A DNA stretch of 64,000 nucleotides from Bacteroidia bacterium (GCA_036274495.1 DASUFP010000041.1:627-64626), one strand, 5' to 3'. Shown: positions 48,836 through 58,788, counted from the stretch's first letter. Notes: generated by a model not told the origin, from the letters alone. Translations and numbers: made by a program.

Positions 48836-48860
48836 AACGTATAAACAATTTATACCCTGA

Positions 48861-48889
48861 ATCCCGGACTCATCTCCGGGATTTTTTTA
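48861..48889 (+). terminator. Intrinsic terminator.
   Basis: ATCCCGGA-CTCATC-TCCGGGAT then TTTTTTT; same stem sequence as the terminator at 44939-44960. Confidence 0.65.
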
Positions 48890-48895
48890 TTGTTT

Positions 48896-48903
48896 TATAT
48901 TTG
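48896..48903 (+). promoter_or_regulatory. Bacteroidetes -7 motif (TATATTTG) for the DUF5686 gene.
   Basis: Match to TAnnTTTG 26 nt upstream of the ATG at 48929. Confidence 0.45.
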
Positions 48904-48928
48904 ATCTGTCTGACAACTCGTCGCCACT

Positions 48929-51385
48929 ATGCGCTTATTGATTACAGCTTTCTTTGCTTTTTTTATTCATCACTCATTTGCTGCACTCATAACCGGTAAA
49001 GTAACCGGAGCAGATGGTGAAACACTCGCATTTGCCAATGTGTATATAAAAGGTACCACTACGGGAACCACAACAAATGCAGAAGGCAACTATCGGTTGG
49101 AGCTGTCGGCAGGAGATTATATTATTGTGTTCCGATATATTGGTTATAAAACCAAAGAAGTCCCTGTAAAAGCCGGAACAGAGAAACAACAACTGGATAT
49201 TGTTCTTGATCCGGAGCATTATGAATTGCGGGAAGTGGCCATAAAGGCAACCGATGAAGACCCCGCCTATGCTATTATCAGAAAGGCCATCGCAAAAAGA
49301 AAATATTACCTGAACCAGGTTCAGCGATATTCCTGTAATGTTTATATAAAAGGTGTACAGCGAATAGTAAAGTATCCGAAAAAATTTCTTGGTCAGGAGG
49401 TCGACTTTGGTGATATCCTCGATAAAAAAACCGGTATATTTTATCTGTCAGAATCGGTTTCAACCTATAGTTTTCAGAGACCCGACAAGGTGAAGGAGGT
49501 GATGATTTCATCTAAGGTAAGCGGCAACAACAGGGCTTTCAGTTTTAACCAGGCATCCGATTTACAATTCAGTCCTTATGATAATATAATGGAGGTCGGA
49601 GGCATTTCGGAGCGTGGTATTATTTCTCCCATTGCAAACAATGCCCTTTTTTATTACGATTACCGTCTTGACGGATCCTATCTTGAAAATGGCATATGGG
49701 TAAATAAAATTGCCGTTATTCCGAAACGGAAAAATGATCCTGTTCACAGAGGATACATCTACATTCAGGACAGCACATGGAGGGTTCACAGTACCGATTT
49801 GTACCTGACCAAGCAGGCACAGATTCAATTTGTAGATACGCTTCGGATCAATCTGACTTATATTCTCGCCGATCGTGAAGATGATATCTGGATGCCGGGG
49901 TCTATGACCTTACGTTTTGTATTTGGTGTTTTTGGATTTGAGGGAAGTGGCGATTATGTTGCCGTGTATTCAAAGTACAATGTAAAACCTCAGTTTCCGA
50001 AAAAACAATTTAAAGGAGGTGAAGTCTTGAAAGTGAATGAGGACTCCAACAAGCGCGATAGCGTGTACTGGGAGCAGATCCGGCCCATTCCGCTAACGGA
50101 GATAGAGCAAACGGACTATATTAAACGTGACAGTCTTCGTGAGATCAGAGAATCGGAACCCTATCTTGATTCCATAGATCATAAGTCAAATAAATTTGTT
50201 CCGGGCAACCTTTTAAGCGGATATACCTATACCAACCGTTTTCATAAAACAAGTTACACAATTGGTTCTCCCCTGGAGATGATACAATTCAATACTGTTG
50301 AAGGCTGGAATGGTGGTCTCCGTTTTGGATTTACAAAAAACTATGAAGAGAAAAAGTCCATTGATGCCGGTGCGCGGGTACGGTATGGTTTTTCAAATGA
50401 AAAAGTCAGCGGATCGGGATCGGTCCGCTACAGCTATAACCGAAAACGATTTGCCTATGTCCAGCTCGAAGGCGGTCAGGATCTCATTCAGTTCAACAGG
50501 AGCGCTCCTATAAGTCCGATATTAAATACCGGTTACACACTCTTTTCTGAAGAAAATTATATGAAGCTTTTCAATAACACATTTGTTACTGTTGAATCGC
50601 GTACCGAATTAGTCAATGGATTACGTTTAACCGGTTCGTTGCAATATGAGAACCGAAAGGCAGTTACCAATTCCACAGATTATACAGTTGTAGATAAAGC
50701 AGGCCGCACCTATACATCAAACAATCCGTTGGATCCTCAAAATGACGCCATATGGTTTGCCGACAATAAAAATCTGCAACTGAATCTCACGGCCCGGTTT
50801 CGGCCCGGACAACGGTATATAAATCGCCCGGATTTCAATTATATCCTTGGGTCCAAATGGCCAACATTTACCATTCACTACGAAAAAGGCATTCACGATA
50901 TACTGGAAAGTGAAACTGATTTTGATAAGCTGGAAGCCGGGATAAATGATGAGTTGAGTTTTGGTATGATAGGTAAGTTATCGTATTGGGTGACTGCCGG
51001 GGACTTTATAAATGACAAGTCGGTTTATTTCATGGATGTAAAACATTTTGATGGAAACAAAACAGCATTTTCTTCATTTTCATCTACACACTACGACCTG
51101 CTTGACTATTATTCATTCAGTACAACAGGGCTTTATACCACCGTCCATCTGGAACACCGCTTTGGCGGATTTATTTTTAATAAAATACCGGGCCTCCGAA
51201 AACTGAAACTGAATGAAATTGCCGGCTTCCGTTATTTGTATACTGAAGATCTGGGTGAACATTATGAATTTTCATTTGGAATAGAAAAACTGAATTTCAT
51301 ACGTCTTGATGTGGTAACGGGCTTTGGAACCAATATGAAACCGATTACCGGAATTGTTATTGGCTTGAACGGGATTATTAATTAG
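48929..51385 (+). CDS. Carboxypeptidase-regulatory-like (CarbopepD_reg) N-terminal domain plus DUF5686 outer-membrane-associated protein (818 aa).
   Basis: LITGKVTGADGETLAFANVYIKGTTTGTTTNAEGNYRLELSAGDYIIVFRYIGYKTKEV (CarbopepD_reg_2-like); the long beta-rich remainder ending ...IVIGLNGIIN is typical of DUF5686 proteins. Confidence 0.7.
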   Translation: MRLLITAFFAFFIHHSFAALITGKVTGADGETLAFANVYIKGTTTGTTTNAEGNYRLELSAGDYIIVFRYIGYKTKEVPVKAGTEKQQLDIVLDPEHYELREVAIKATDEDPAYAIIRKAIAKRKYYLNQVQRYSCNVYIKGVQRIVKYPKKFLGQEVDFGDILDKKTGIFYLSESVSTYSFQRPDKVKEVMISSKVSGNNRAFSFNQASDLQFSPYDNIMEVGGISERGIISPIANNALFYYDYRLDGSYLENGIWVNKIAVIPKRKNDPVHRGYIYIQDSTWRVHSTDLYLTKQAQIQFVDTLRINLTYILADREDDIWMPGSMTLRFVFGVFGFEGSGDYVAVYSKYNVKPQFPKKQFKGGEVLKVNEDSNKRDSVYWEQIRPIPLTEIEQTDYIKRDSLREIRESEPYLDSIDHKSNKFVPGNLLSGYTYTNRFHKTSYTIGSPLEMIQFNTVEGWNGGLRFGFTKNYEEKKSIDAGARVRYGFSNEKVSGSGSVRYSYNRKRFAYVQLEGGQDLIQFNRSAPISPILNTGYTLFSEENYMKLFNNTFVTVESRTELVNGLRLTGSLQYENRKAVTNSTDYTVVDKAGRTYTSNNPLDPQNDAIWFADNKNLQLNLTARFRPGQRYINRPDFNYILGSKWPTFTIHYEKGIHDILESETDFDKLEAGINDELSFGMIGKLSYWVTAGDFINDKSVYFMDVKHFDGNKTAFSSFSSTHYDLLDYYSFSTTGLYTTVHLEHRFGGFIFNKIPGLRKLKLNEIAGFRYLYTEDLGEHYEFSFGIEKLNFIRLDVVTGFGTNMKPITGIVIGLNGIIN

Positions 51386-51539
51386 CCCTGTTTCTTTTAT
51401 AGTGACTGATCATGAACCCCGGTGGTCAAAAGCTAACATTTGTCACCTCTTTTGTTCTTTCCTGAACCTACTTTTATGTAACAAATGTTACTGCTATCCG
51501 GGTAATTGCAGCCGACCTTTGTGAAATATTATATTTCAA

Positions 51540-52793
51540 ATGCATTATCAGGTTTTAATTGTAGGAGGCGGCACTGCAGGTATCATGACTGCTGCTCAAT
51601 TGCGCCTTGCAGACAGTGCGTTGACCATTGCCATAGTTGATCCTGCTTTGTATCATTATTATCAGCCTGCATGGACGTTGGTAGCGGCGGAGGCCTACAA
51701 CTTTGAGGATACCCGCCATTATGAATCGGAAATTATTCCGGACGGAGTAGTGCACATTAAAGATGCAGCGGTAAAATTTGATCCGGACAGAAACAAAGTG
51801 GAACTGGCTTCAGGATTAATTTATACTTACGATGTCCTGGTTGTTTGCCCCGGTATAAAACTGGACATAGATGGCCTCCCCGGCTTGCGCGAAGCTCTCG
51901 CGACGGATAAAGTCTGCAGCAATTACATTAACCCTAACAAATCGTTAAAGGTTTTGAGGGAGTTTCAGGGTGGCAATGCTGTATTTTCCCAACCCTCTAC
52001 ACCTATAAAATGTGGCGGAGCTCCTCAAAAGGCAGCCTATCTTGCTGATGATTTTTTCAGGAAATACAACATCCGAACGCGCACAAACCTGTTTTTAACA
52101 ATGCCGGGTTCCGTTGTTTTTGGAATGACCGAATACAGAAAGACGCTTGAAGAGGTGATCAAAAGAAAAGAGATCCTTTTTATGCCACAGTTGACTCCGG
52201 TAAAAATTGATTCAAACAATCAGGAAATTCATTTCCGCATTTCCTCTACTGACACATCTTCAAAACAAAAATATATTGACAATGGCTTTTCTGATTCGGG
52301 CGAAGGAACACTGAAATTGCATTATGACATGTTGCATATTGCCCCGCCACAATCTGCTCCTGATGTTATTAAAGCAAGTCCGTTTGCCTATGCAACTGGT
52401 CCGAATGCCGGCTGGATGGAAGTTGACATTCACACACTGCAACATCCGGTATTTAAAAATGTATTTGGTCTTGGTGATACGGCAGCTCTTCCTACTGCTA
52501 AAACCGGCGCGGCGGTGCGCAAACAAGCCCCGGTAGTAACAGCCAATGTTATAGAATGGCTGAAATCAGGCAGGTTATCACATAAAAAATATGAGGGTTA
52601 TTCATCATGTCCAATCGTAACCGGATATGGTAAAATGATGTTAGCTGAATTCAAATACAATAATGTCCGCGACACCGACCCGTTACTCGGTAAATTTTTT
52701 GACACAACAAAGGAATTATACAGCATGTGGTTGCTGAAAAAGTACGTGTTACCCTGGCTCTACTGGCACAGGATGCTGAAAGGTAAAATGTAA
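51540..52793 (+). CDS. sqr: Type II sulfide:quinone oxidoreductase (SQR; homologue of mitochondrial SQRDL).
   Basis: QVLIVGGGTAG, HYYQPAWTLV, KCGGAPQKAAYL, LHIAPPQSAPDVI, GLGDTAALPTAKTGAA, YSSCPIVTGYGKMMLAEFKYNN. These blocks align closely with human SQRDL as recalled. Confidence 0.88.
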   Translation: MHYQVLIVGGGTAGIMTAAQLRLADSALTIAIVDPALYHYYQPAWTLVAAEAYNFEDTRHYESEIIPDGVVHIKDAAVKFDPDRNKVELASGLIYTYDVLVVCPGIKLDIDGLPGLREALATDKVCSNYINPNKSLKVLREFQGGNAVFSQPSTPIKCGGAPQKAAYLADDFFRKYNIRTRTNLFLTMPGSVVFGMTEYRKTLEEVIKRKEILFMPQLTPVKIDSNNQEIHFRISSTDTSSKQKYIDNGFSDSGEGTLKLHYDMLHIAPPQSAPDVIKASPFAYATGPNAGWMEVDIHTLQHPVFKNVFGLGDTAALPTAKTGAAVRKQAPVVTANVIEWLKSGRLSHKKYEGYSSCPIVTGYGKMMLAEFKYNNVRDTDPLLGKFFDTTKELYSMWLLKKYVLPWLYWHRMLKGKM

Positions 52794-52811
52794 CTTTGCA
52801 ATCTTGCTTCC

Positions 52812-52837
52812 AAAAAAAGAGCCCCTTCGCGGGGCTC
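52812..52837 (-). terminator. Intrinsic terminator for the 52864-53313 gene (may also serve the convergent sqr).
   Basis: GAGCCCC-TTCGC-GGGGCTC followed on the minus strand by TTTTTTT. Confidence 0.6.
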
Positions 52838-52863
52838 CTTAAATTAAATATCTGAAAGGGTTT

Positions 52864-53313
52864 TTACCTGATATTTTCCAGGCTTTTTAGCCAGGCATCT
52901 TTTTTGCCGGCCCAGTCAGCTGTTCGTACCGACGGATTTAGTGAGCTTTCCAATTCCTTAAGCAATGCGGGAGCATCAGAGAATTTGTTCAGACCTTTCG
53001 CCTTTGAAAGCCATCCGTTTTTATTGTTCTGCCAATTCGAATTAAATGCATCAGGATTTAAGCCCAGTACAAGGTCAGTTAACGATCGGCCAAGTGCCAT
53101 GGGATTGGATACATTATTCAGATTGTTTTTCCAGGTTTCATTATTAAACGATTTCGCAAAGACTGAAGGCTGAATAGAAGAAGCCAGTTCCGATAAGGGA
53201 GCGCCGGGCTTAAGGGAGCTTGTAACTGTTTCAGTTACAGGTGTTACCTCAGCAACCTGAGCCATGGTAGTCAAGGAGCAGGTTATTAGGAAGAGCATTA
53301 AATACTTTTTCAT
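52864..53313 (-). CDS. Secreted hypothetical protein with three internal repeats (start at MKKYLMLF).
   Basis: Signal peptide; three related units containing NP..F...W..K..WL (NNETWKNNL..., NPDAFNSNWQNNKNGWLSKA, NPSVRTADWAGKKDAWLKSL). Confidence 0.45.
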   Translation of the reverse strand: MKKYLMLFLITCSLTTMAQVAEVTPVTETVTSSLKPGAPLSELASSIQPSVFAKSFNNETWKNNLNNVSNPMALGRSLTDLVLGLNPDAFNSNWQNNKNGWLSKAKGLNKFSDAPALLKELESSLNPSVRTADWAGKKDAWLKSLENIR

Positions 53314-53365
53314 GATGTTTGATTGAGGATTAAGAGAGGTAAATATAATCATAGAATTGATATGT

Positions 53366-55606
53366 TCAAAAATGAAATCCTATATTCAGGTAGCCTATAA
53401 ATCGCTTTGACTGATCGCTATACATTATTGAAAGTTCAAGGGGGCCGGCTCCGGTCTTGTATCCAGCCGTTACAGCATACCCACTGATGAAATTATCAGC
53501 GGCTGTTATTTCATAAATCGATTCGATTCCGGAGAAATCATACACCCCGACATTTGCAGTAACAGTGCTGAATAAATTATGAGTCAACTCATACTGCCAT
53601 CCGGCCTGCAAAACGCCCACTTCAATCGAGTTCAATGTGGAATGGTCGAGTCCGGCAAATGGAATTTGATTTCTCAGAAAATCGGTAAGGCCGCCGATCT
53701 CAAAATTATTCATAAAACTTTGTTGATAATCCAGTTCAACACCAACATGCTGTCCCGTTATTAATGTTGATTTCGACGAGAGCGGTGCATAGTGATATGA
53801 CTTAACCCAAATGCGTTCATAATTTTCGAAATTTATATCGATGTCATCTAAATTAAAGATCACCTGGCCATTGTAAAAGAATTCAAAATCGGGCTTCTGA
53901 GCAAAGTAATATACAAATTCTCCTTCCGCCTTCCATCCACTGGTAGCAAAGTACTGTTCATTAGCGCTATTTAAATAAGCCCTAATGCCTGTGCTAAACA
54001 TCAGATTTTCACCATTCAACTTGAATATCTGGGAAACTTTAGGGATTAATTTGGTTTGTTGCCAGGCAAAAAAAGTACTGATAGATAAGTTTTTAAAATA
54101 ACGTGATAACTGGAGTGCTGATTTGAATTCCTTATTTCTATATATTGATGACTGATGAAAGTCTTCGTACACGGGTAATTCTGTAACTTCGTATGACACT
54201 TCTCCTCCTATTCCATACCGATCTTTTTGTCCGACAAACTTTTCATATTTAACTAAAAATCTCGGATCTCTGCCCAAATTTGCTTTCGCCAACAATCTTG
54301 TTCTCGGGAAAAAATTATTTTTCATTGTCAGATTGGCCACAAGTGCACCGCCGGAAAAGCTGTTAAAATGAAGCGCGCCTTTGAAAACAGCAGTACTTGT
54401 TTCATCGGCAATAACATGCATTTTTGTAATTGAATCATTTTCGGTTTCAAACTGATATTGGATTTTTGTGAAGTTTCTTGTTCCAAATGCCCTTCTGAAC
54501 GACTCATTAAGTTTGTCGGCAGTGTAGTATTTATTTTTTTTAAATCCCAGTCTTGCCTTAAGTGACTTTGCACCTGTATTTGAAATGCCATCAATCGAAA
54601 TATCATTAATGAGAATACTATCCGTCATTTGATACGAAGGCTCATTTGTTACTTCTTCAGGATAGTACTTATTCAGTGAGTCGGCCAATGCTTTAAATAC
54701 CGGATACCATAGACGGCCGGTTTGCCGGCTTATTTCAATAATACTATCGGCTGAGTTGAAGCTGGCGGCGCTGTAGTTTTCGAGAGGAACCTGAATAAAA
54801 TTATCGCAGATTTTTTGTTGTTCCACAAAATCTGCCGCATCCCGGTAAAACGATATCTGATACAAAATTGAAATCATCGAGGTAAGATCCGCTGCTTTTG
54901 ATAACCCTTGCGTTACATTCACGCCTATCACATAATCAGCACCCATATCCTTTACGTCACCTACGGGAAAATTTCTGATTATTCCCCCGTCAACTACGGT
55001 CTTACCATCGTATTCGATAGGTGTAAAAATAGATGGGATGGCCATAGAGCCTCTTAAGGCTGTCACAATTTCTCCATGATCCATAACTACTTTATCACCC
55101 GTTTCCAAATCGGTACCGATGCAGCTAAAGCCTCTCTTAAATTTGGAAAAATCCTTAACATTATGCACCGGCATAAAATACTTTGAAAGGGTAAGCCATA
55201 ATTCCTCAGCTTCGAAGACTCCTTTGCTTATCTGAGGTTTACCGTTCACGATAGGTATTTCGGCAGCATACATACCGTATTCGGGTTTTTCATCAACCGA
55301 AACATTTGTCAAGGAGGGTCTGTTTGAAAATAAAACATCCCAATTGAGTGATTTTGCAATTTTCAAAATGGAATCTGCGCTGTAGCCAACTGCATACATG
55401 GCTCCCATGATACTTCCCATAGATGTTCCCGTAACATAATCAATATGGAGTCCTGCACTGTCTATGGCCTGCATGATTCCAATATGGCCTAATCCTTTTG
55501 CACCGCCGCCGCTCAGTGCCAATCCGATTTTGGGCCTGTGCTGGCCGAAGGCAGCCAGATTCAGAAAGCAAAAAAGAATAAATAAACTCCCGAAACAACG
55601 GTTCAT
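53366..55606 (-). CDS. Patatin-like phospholipase fused to POTRA plus an Omp85-type beta-barrel (PlpD-like outer-membrane lipase).
   Basis: LALSGGGAKGLGHIGIM (oxyanion Gly-rich), GTSMG (GxSxG catalytic Ser); 746 aa with a beta-rich C-terminal half ending NIGFHF. Confidence 0.85.
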   Translation of the reverse strand: MNRCFGSLFILFCFLNLAAFGQHRPKIGLALSGGGAKGLGHIGIMQAIDSAGLHIDYVTGTSMGSIMGAMYAVGYSADSILKIAKSLNWDVLFSNRPSLTNVSVDEKPEYGMYAAEIPIVNGKPQISKGVFEAEELWLTLSKYFMPVHNVKDFSKFKRGFSCIGTDLETGDKVVMDHGEIVTALRGSMAIPSIFTPIEYDGKTVVDGGIIRNFPVGDVKDMGADYVIGVNVTQGLSKAADLTSMISILYQISFYRDAADFVEQQKICDNFIQVPLENYSAASFNSADSIIEISRQTGRLWYPVFKALADSLNKYYPEEVTNEPSYQMTDSILINDISIDGISNTGAKSLKARLGFKKNKYYTADKLNESFRRAFGTRNFTKIQYQFETENDSITKMHVIADETSTAVFKGALHFNSFSGGALVANLTMKNNFFPRTRLLAKANLGRDPRFLVKYEKFVGQKDRYGIGGEVSYEVTELPVYEDFHQSSIYRNKEFKSALQLSRYFKNLSISTFFAWQQTKLIPKVSQIFKLNGENLMFSTGIRAYLNSANEQYFATSGWKAEGEFVYYFAQKPDFEFFYNGQVIFNLDDIDINFENYERIWVKSYHYAPLSSKSTLITGQHVGVELDYQQSFMNNFEIGGLTDFLRNQIPFAGLDHSTLNSIEVGVLQAGWQYELTHNLFSTVTANVGVYDFSGIESIYEITAADNFISGYAVTAGYKTGAGPLELSIMYSDQSKRFIGYLNIGFHF

Positions 55607-55660
55607 TGTAACTTAATATGGTATTAATTTATCAAATTTGGTCTCTGAAAATATCCCATT

Positions 55661-57334
55661 GTGAAGCCCTCCAAATTAATCAAATTTATCCTTTATTTCA
55701 CCCTCGCGATATTTTTTTCCTGTACCGGGAATTCAAATAAGGACGCAGATACCGACACGCATCAGGTAACTGCAGGTGGCGAAGATACTACCCTGTATGT
55801 GCTGCCACAGTTGAGTGCATTGCTGATTGACAGTGTGCTTCAGTCACACCCATTCCTTGACCAGCATCGGCAACAGGTACAGGAATTCTACAGTCGTCGT
55901 GATTTCCGGCCGGCCTGGATGGGTGACCGTGGATTATATGAGCAGACAGGTGAAGTGGTAAATCTGATTAATGATTATCTGGCCGCCGGAATTGTTGATT
56001 CTACTATTTTCCTCAAAGGTATCGCAGCCATATACGATACACTTTCTTCTGATACATATCCATGGAAAAGCGGCACCCGGTATGCACTGCAGGCTGACAT
56101 TTTATTTACAAGCCAATTTTTTGTATTCAGTGATAAGGCCTGGGTAGGTAAATCGGCTTCCGAAAAAAAGGATCTGGAATGGTTCCTTCCTGAAAAGCAA
56201 TTTTCAAGAATTGATTACCTCGATTCGTTATTGCGAATGAGCCCTTCAGAAATTACCCGTTCGGAACCGGTATTCAGGCAATATCATGCCTTGCGGGAAA
56301 AGCTTGAAACGCTCGTTGAAATTCAAAAATCAGGCGGATGGGACACTATTTCAGCACCTGCAAATGTTATTAAGCCAGGTACATCATCAGGTACAATTGC
56401 GGTTATCAGAAAGCGGCTTGGGCTTCCTCTTGCGGCAGGAGAGGACATAATGTTATATGATAGCGCTCTTGTGGAAAAAATAAAAGAACAACAGGAATTG
56501 TTTGGATTAAATTCCACAGGAATTATTGACAAAAAGCTGGTACGGGAATGGAATGTTTCTGTTGAGGACCGTATCAGGAAAATCCTTATCAACCTGGAGC
56601 GATGGAAATGGGTACCGGCCGATCCGGGCAGCAATTTTATTGCGGTAAACATTCCCGAATTTGTATTACATGTTTTTGAAAAGGGAAAGGAAGCCTGGAA
56701 CATGAGGGTAATTGTTGGGAAAAGAGTGAATCAAACGGTTATATTCAGTGGTGATTTGAAGTATATTGTTTTTGCTCCCTACTGGAATGTTCCCCGTAGC
56801 ATTCTCGTTAACGAAATCCTTCCTGCCACTAAAAAAAATCCGGATTACCTCGCTGCTCATAAAATGGAAATAGTATACGGCAACAAGGTTATTCCTGCTT
56901 CATCTATTAACTGGAAAACTGTTACTGCATCGGGATTTCCCTATTCGGTGCGACAAAAACCCGGAAACGATAATTCATTAGGATTGGTAAAATTTTTATT
57001 CCCGAACAACTATTCTATCTATCTTCATGATACCCCTTCCAAATGGTTATTTGAGAAGGAAGACCGGGATTTCAGTCACGGATGTATCCGCCTTGCAGAA
57101 CCACAACGCTTAGCTTCTTATTTGCTGCGCAATAACCCTGAATGGACCCCGGAAAAAATCAATACTGCCATGAATGCCGACAAAGAAAAATATGTTACCC
57201 TTAAGGATCCTGTTCCGGTTTATATAACCTATTTTACAGCCTGGGTCGACAGCAAAGGGAGGTTGAATTACAGGGATGATATTTATGGCCATGATGCAAG
57301 GCTGGCACATATGCTTTTTGAAAATGAAAAGTGA
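55661..57334 (+). CDS. L,D-transpeptidase (YkuD domain) with an N-terminal peptidoglycan-binding domain; LdtD/YcbB-like. GTG start.
   Basis: Lipoprotein-like signal (FFSCTG); peptidoglycan-binding-like region; catalytic SHGCIRL motif. Confidence 0.8.
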   Translation: MKPSKLIKFILYFTLAIFFSCTGNSNKDADTDTHQVTAGGEDTTLYVLPQLSALLIDSVLQSHPFLDQHRQQVQEFYSRRDFRPAWMGDRGLYEQTGEVVNLINDYLAAGIVDSTIFLKGIAAIYDTLSSDTYPWKSGTRYALQADILFTSQFFVFSDKAWVGKSASEKKDLEWFLPEKQFSRIDYLDSLLRMSPSEITRSEPVFRQYHALREKLETLVEIQKSGGWDTISAPANVIKPGTSSGTIAVIRKRLGLPLAAGEDIMLYDSALVEKIKEQQELFGLNSTGIIDKKLVREWNVSVEDRIRKILINLERWKWVPADPGSNFIAVNIPEFVLHVFEKGKEAWNMRVIVGKRVNQTVIFSGDLKYIVFAPYWNVPRSILVNEILPATKKNPDYLAAHKMEIVYGNKVIPASSINWKTVTASGFPYSVRQKPGNDNSLGLVKFLFPNNYSIYLHDTPSKWLFEKEDRDFSHGCIRLAEPQRLASYLLRNNPEWTPEKINTAMNADKEKYVTLKDPVPVYITYFTAWVDSKGRLNYRDDIYGHDARLAHMLFENEK

Positions 57335-57374
57335 TTTCGGTTTCTTAATATTACATCATTAAAATTCATGATTC

Positions 57375-57824
57375 ATGATACGTCTCACTAAAATATTCCA
57401 CTTCGAAATGGCTCATGCTTTATATGGGTATGATGGCCCCTGCAGAAATATTCACGGTCATTCGTATGAACTGGAAGTTACGATAGGTGGTGAACCGTTA
57501 AACGACCCCTCTCATCCCAAGCATGGTATGATAATGGATTTTTCCGATTTGAAACAAATTGTGAAAGATCAGATAGTGGACCGACTCGACCATTCGCTTT
57601 TGTTAAATGGAAATTCTCCGCACAAAAATATCCCGGAGTTGAACAAAAATTTTGAAAAGGTGGTTTTTACCGATTATCAGCCAACATGTGAAAATATGCT
57701 TATGGATTTTGTGGCCCGGATTAAGAACCTTCTTCCTTCAAATGTCTCACTCCTTACGCTAAAGCTAAAGGAGACGCCCTCATCGTATTCCGAATGGCAT
57801 GCTTCCGATCAGAAAGCCGTTTAG
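57375..57824 (+). CDS. queD: 6-carboxy-5,6,7,8-tetrahydropterin synthase (QueD / 6-pyruvoyl-tetrahydropterin synthase family).
   Basis: FHFEMAHALYGYDGPCRNIHGHSYELEVT (Cys plus HGH zinc motif). Confidence 0.85.
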   Translation: MIRLTKIFHFEMAHALYGYDGPCRNIHGHSYELEVTIGGEPLNDPSHPKHGMIMDFSDLKQIVKDQIVDRLDHSLLLNGNSPHKNIPELNKNFEKVVFTDYQPTCENMLMDFVARIKNLLPSNVSLLTLKLKETPSSYSEWHASDQKAV

Positions 57825-58687
57825 CCAATGCGGAACGATCGCATTGAAACAGAACCCATCACCAGCTTATCATTGAAAAAGTTAAACGCTTCATTTTTTC
57901 CCCGTAATCCCAGCGTATAAAGAAGCGGCAGAAAATGTTCATTGGTTGGTACGGCTAATTCTGCGGCTCTTCCGCTTGCTGTAAAATTAATTACTCCCTC
58001 ATCATCGTTTTTACTTATAAGGGCTGCAAGTTTTGCATCTGCTTCCTGTGCCCATTCGAATCCTTCAACATCCATGCGCATTAACCGAAGGTTATGCACC
58101 ATATTGCCGCTACCGATAATCAATACCCCCTTCTTGCGCAAAGCCAATAGTTCTTTGCCCAATTCATAGTGCCATTTGGCAGGTTTGGTAGCATCAAGAC
58201 TTAATTGGTAAACAGGTATATCAGCCAAAGGAAACATTTTGCATAATACTGACCATGTACCGTGATCCAGCCCCCACTCAAAGTCCTTTTCAATGTGTGT
58301 TTTTTTGACCTGATCAATTGTAAGCGTTGCATAGTCCGGAGTGCCGGGTGCAGGATATGATTTTCTGAAAAGTTCATCGGGAAATCCATAAAAATCGTGA
58401 ATGGTTCGGGGATGTTCCATTGCCGTTACAAACGATCCCCTTGTTTCCCAGTGAGCTGAAATACATAAAATAGCTTTCGGTCGGGGTATACCAGCAGCTG
58501 CATGTTCCCATCCTTTTGTGAACTGGTTTTCTTCAATAGCATTCATAGGACTGCCATGGCCTATGAAAAATACCGGCATTGATGTCCCGATGTCGCCTCC
58601 GTTACTAAGTGAATTATACAACCTATGTAGTCCTGTCATTGCAAATGTGGCATATAGTGATTGAGTAATAAATTGGCGTCTTTCCAT
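57821..58687 (-). CDS. Class III extradiol dioxygenase, 4,5-DOPA-dioxygenase (YgiD)-like, with a Tat signal peptide.
   Basis: MERRQFITQSLYATFAMTGL (RRxF Tat motif); FFIGHGSPMNAIE...ISAHWE... LigB-type motifs; 4-bp convergent overlap with queD. Confidence 0.8.
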   Translation of the reverse strand: MERRQFITQSLYATFAMTGLHRLYNSLSNGGDIGTSMPVFFIGHGSPMNAIEENQFTKGWEHAAAGIPRPKAILCISAHWETRGSFVTAMEHPRTIHDFYGFPDELFRKSYPAPGTPDYATLTIDQVKKTHIEKDFEWGLDHGTWSVLCKMFPLADIPVYQLSLDATKPAKWHYELGKELLALRKKGVLIIGSGNMVHNLRLMRMDVEGFEWAQEADAKLAALISKNDDEGVINFTASGRAAELAVPTNEHFLPLLYTLGLRGKNEAFNFFNDKLVMGSVSMRSFRIG

Positions 58688-58788
58688 TGAATTACCAGTG
58701 CTAATGTATGCTTTTTCTTCCCAAAAAACCTTGTTTATTTACCATCCTTAAAACGAGGTGTCTTGTTTTTAGTGTGTAATCCGTTTCC

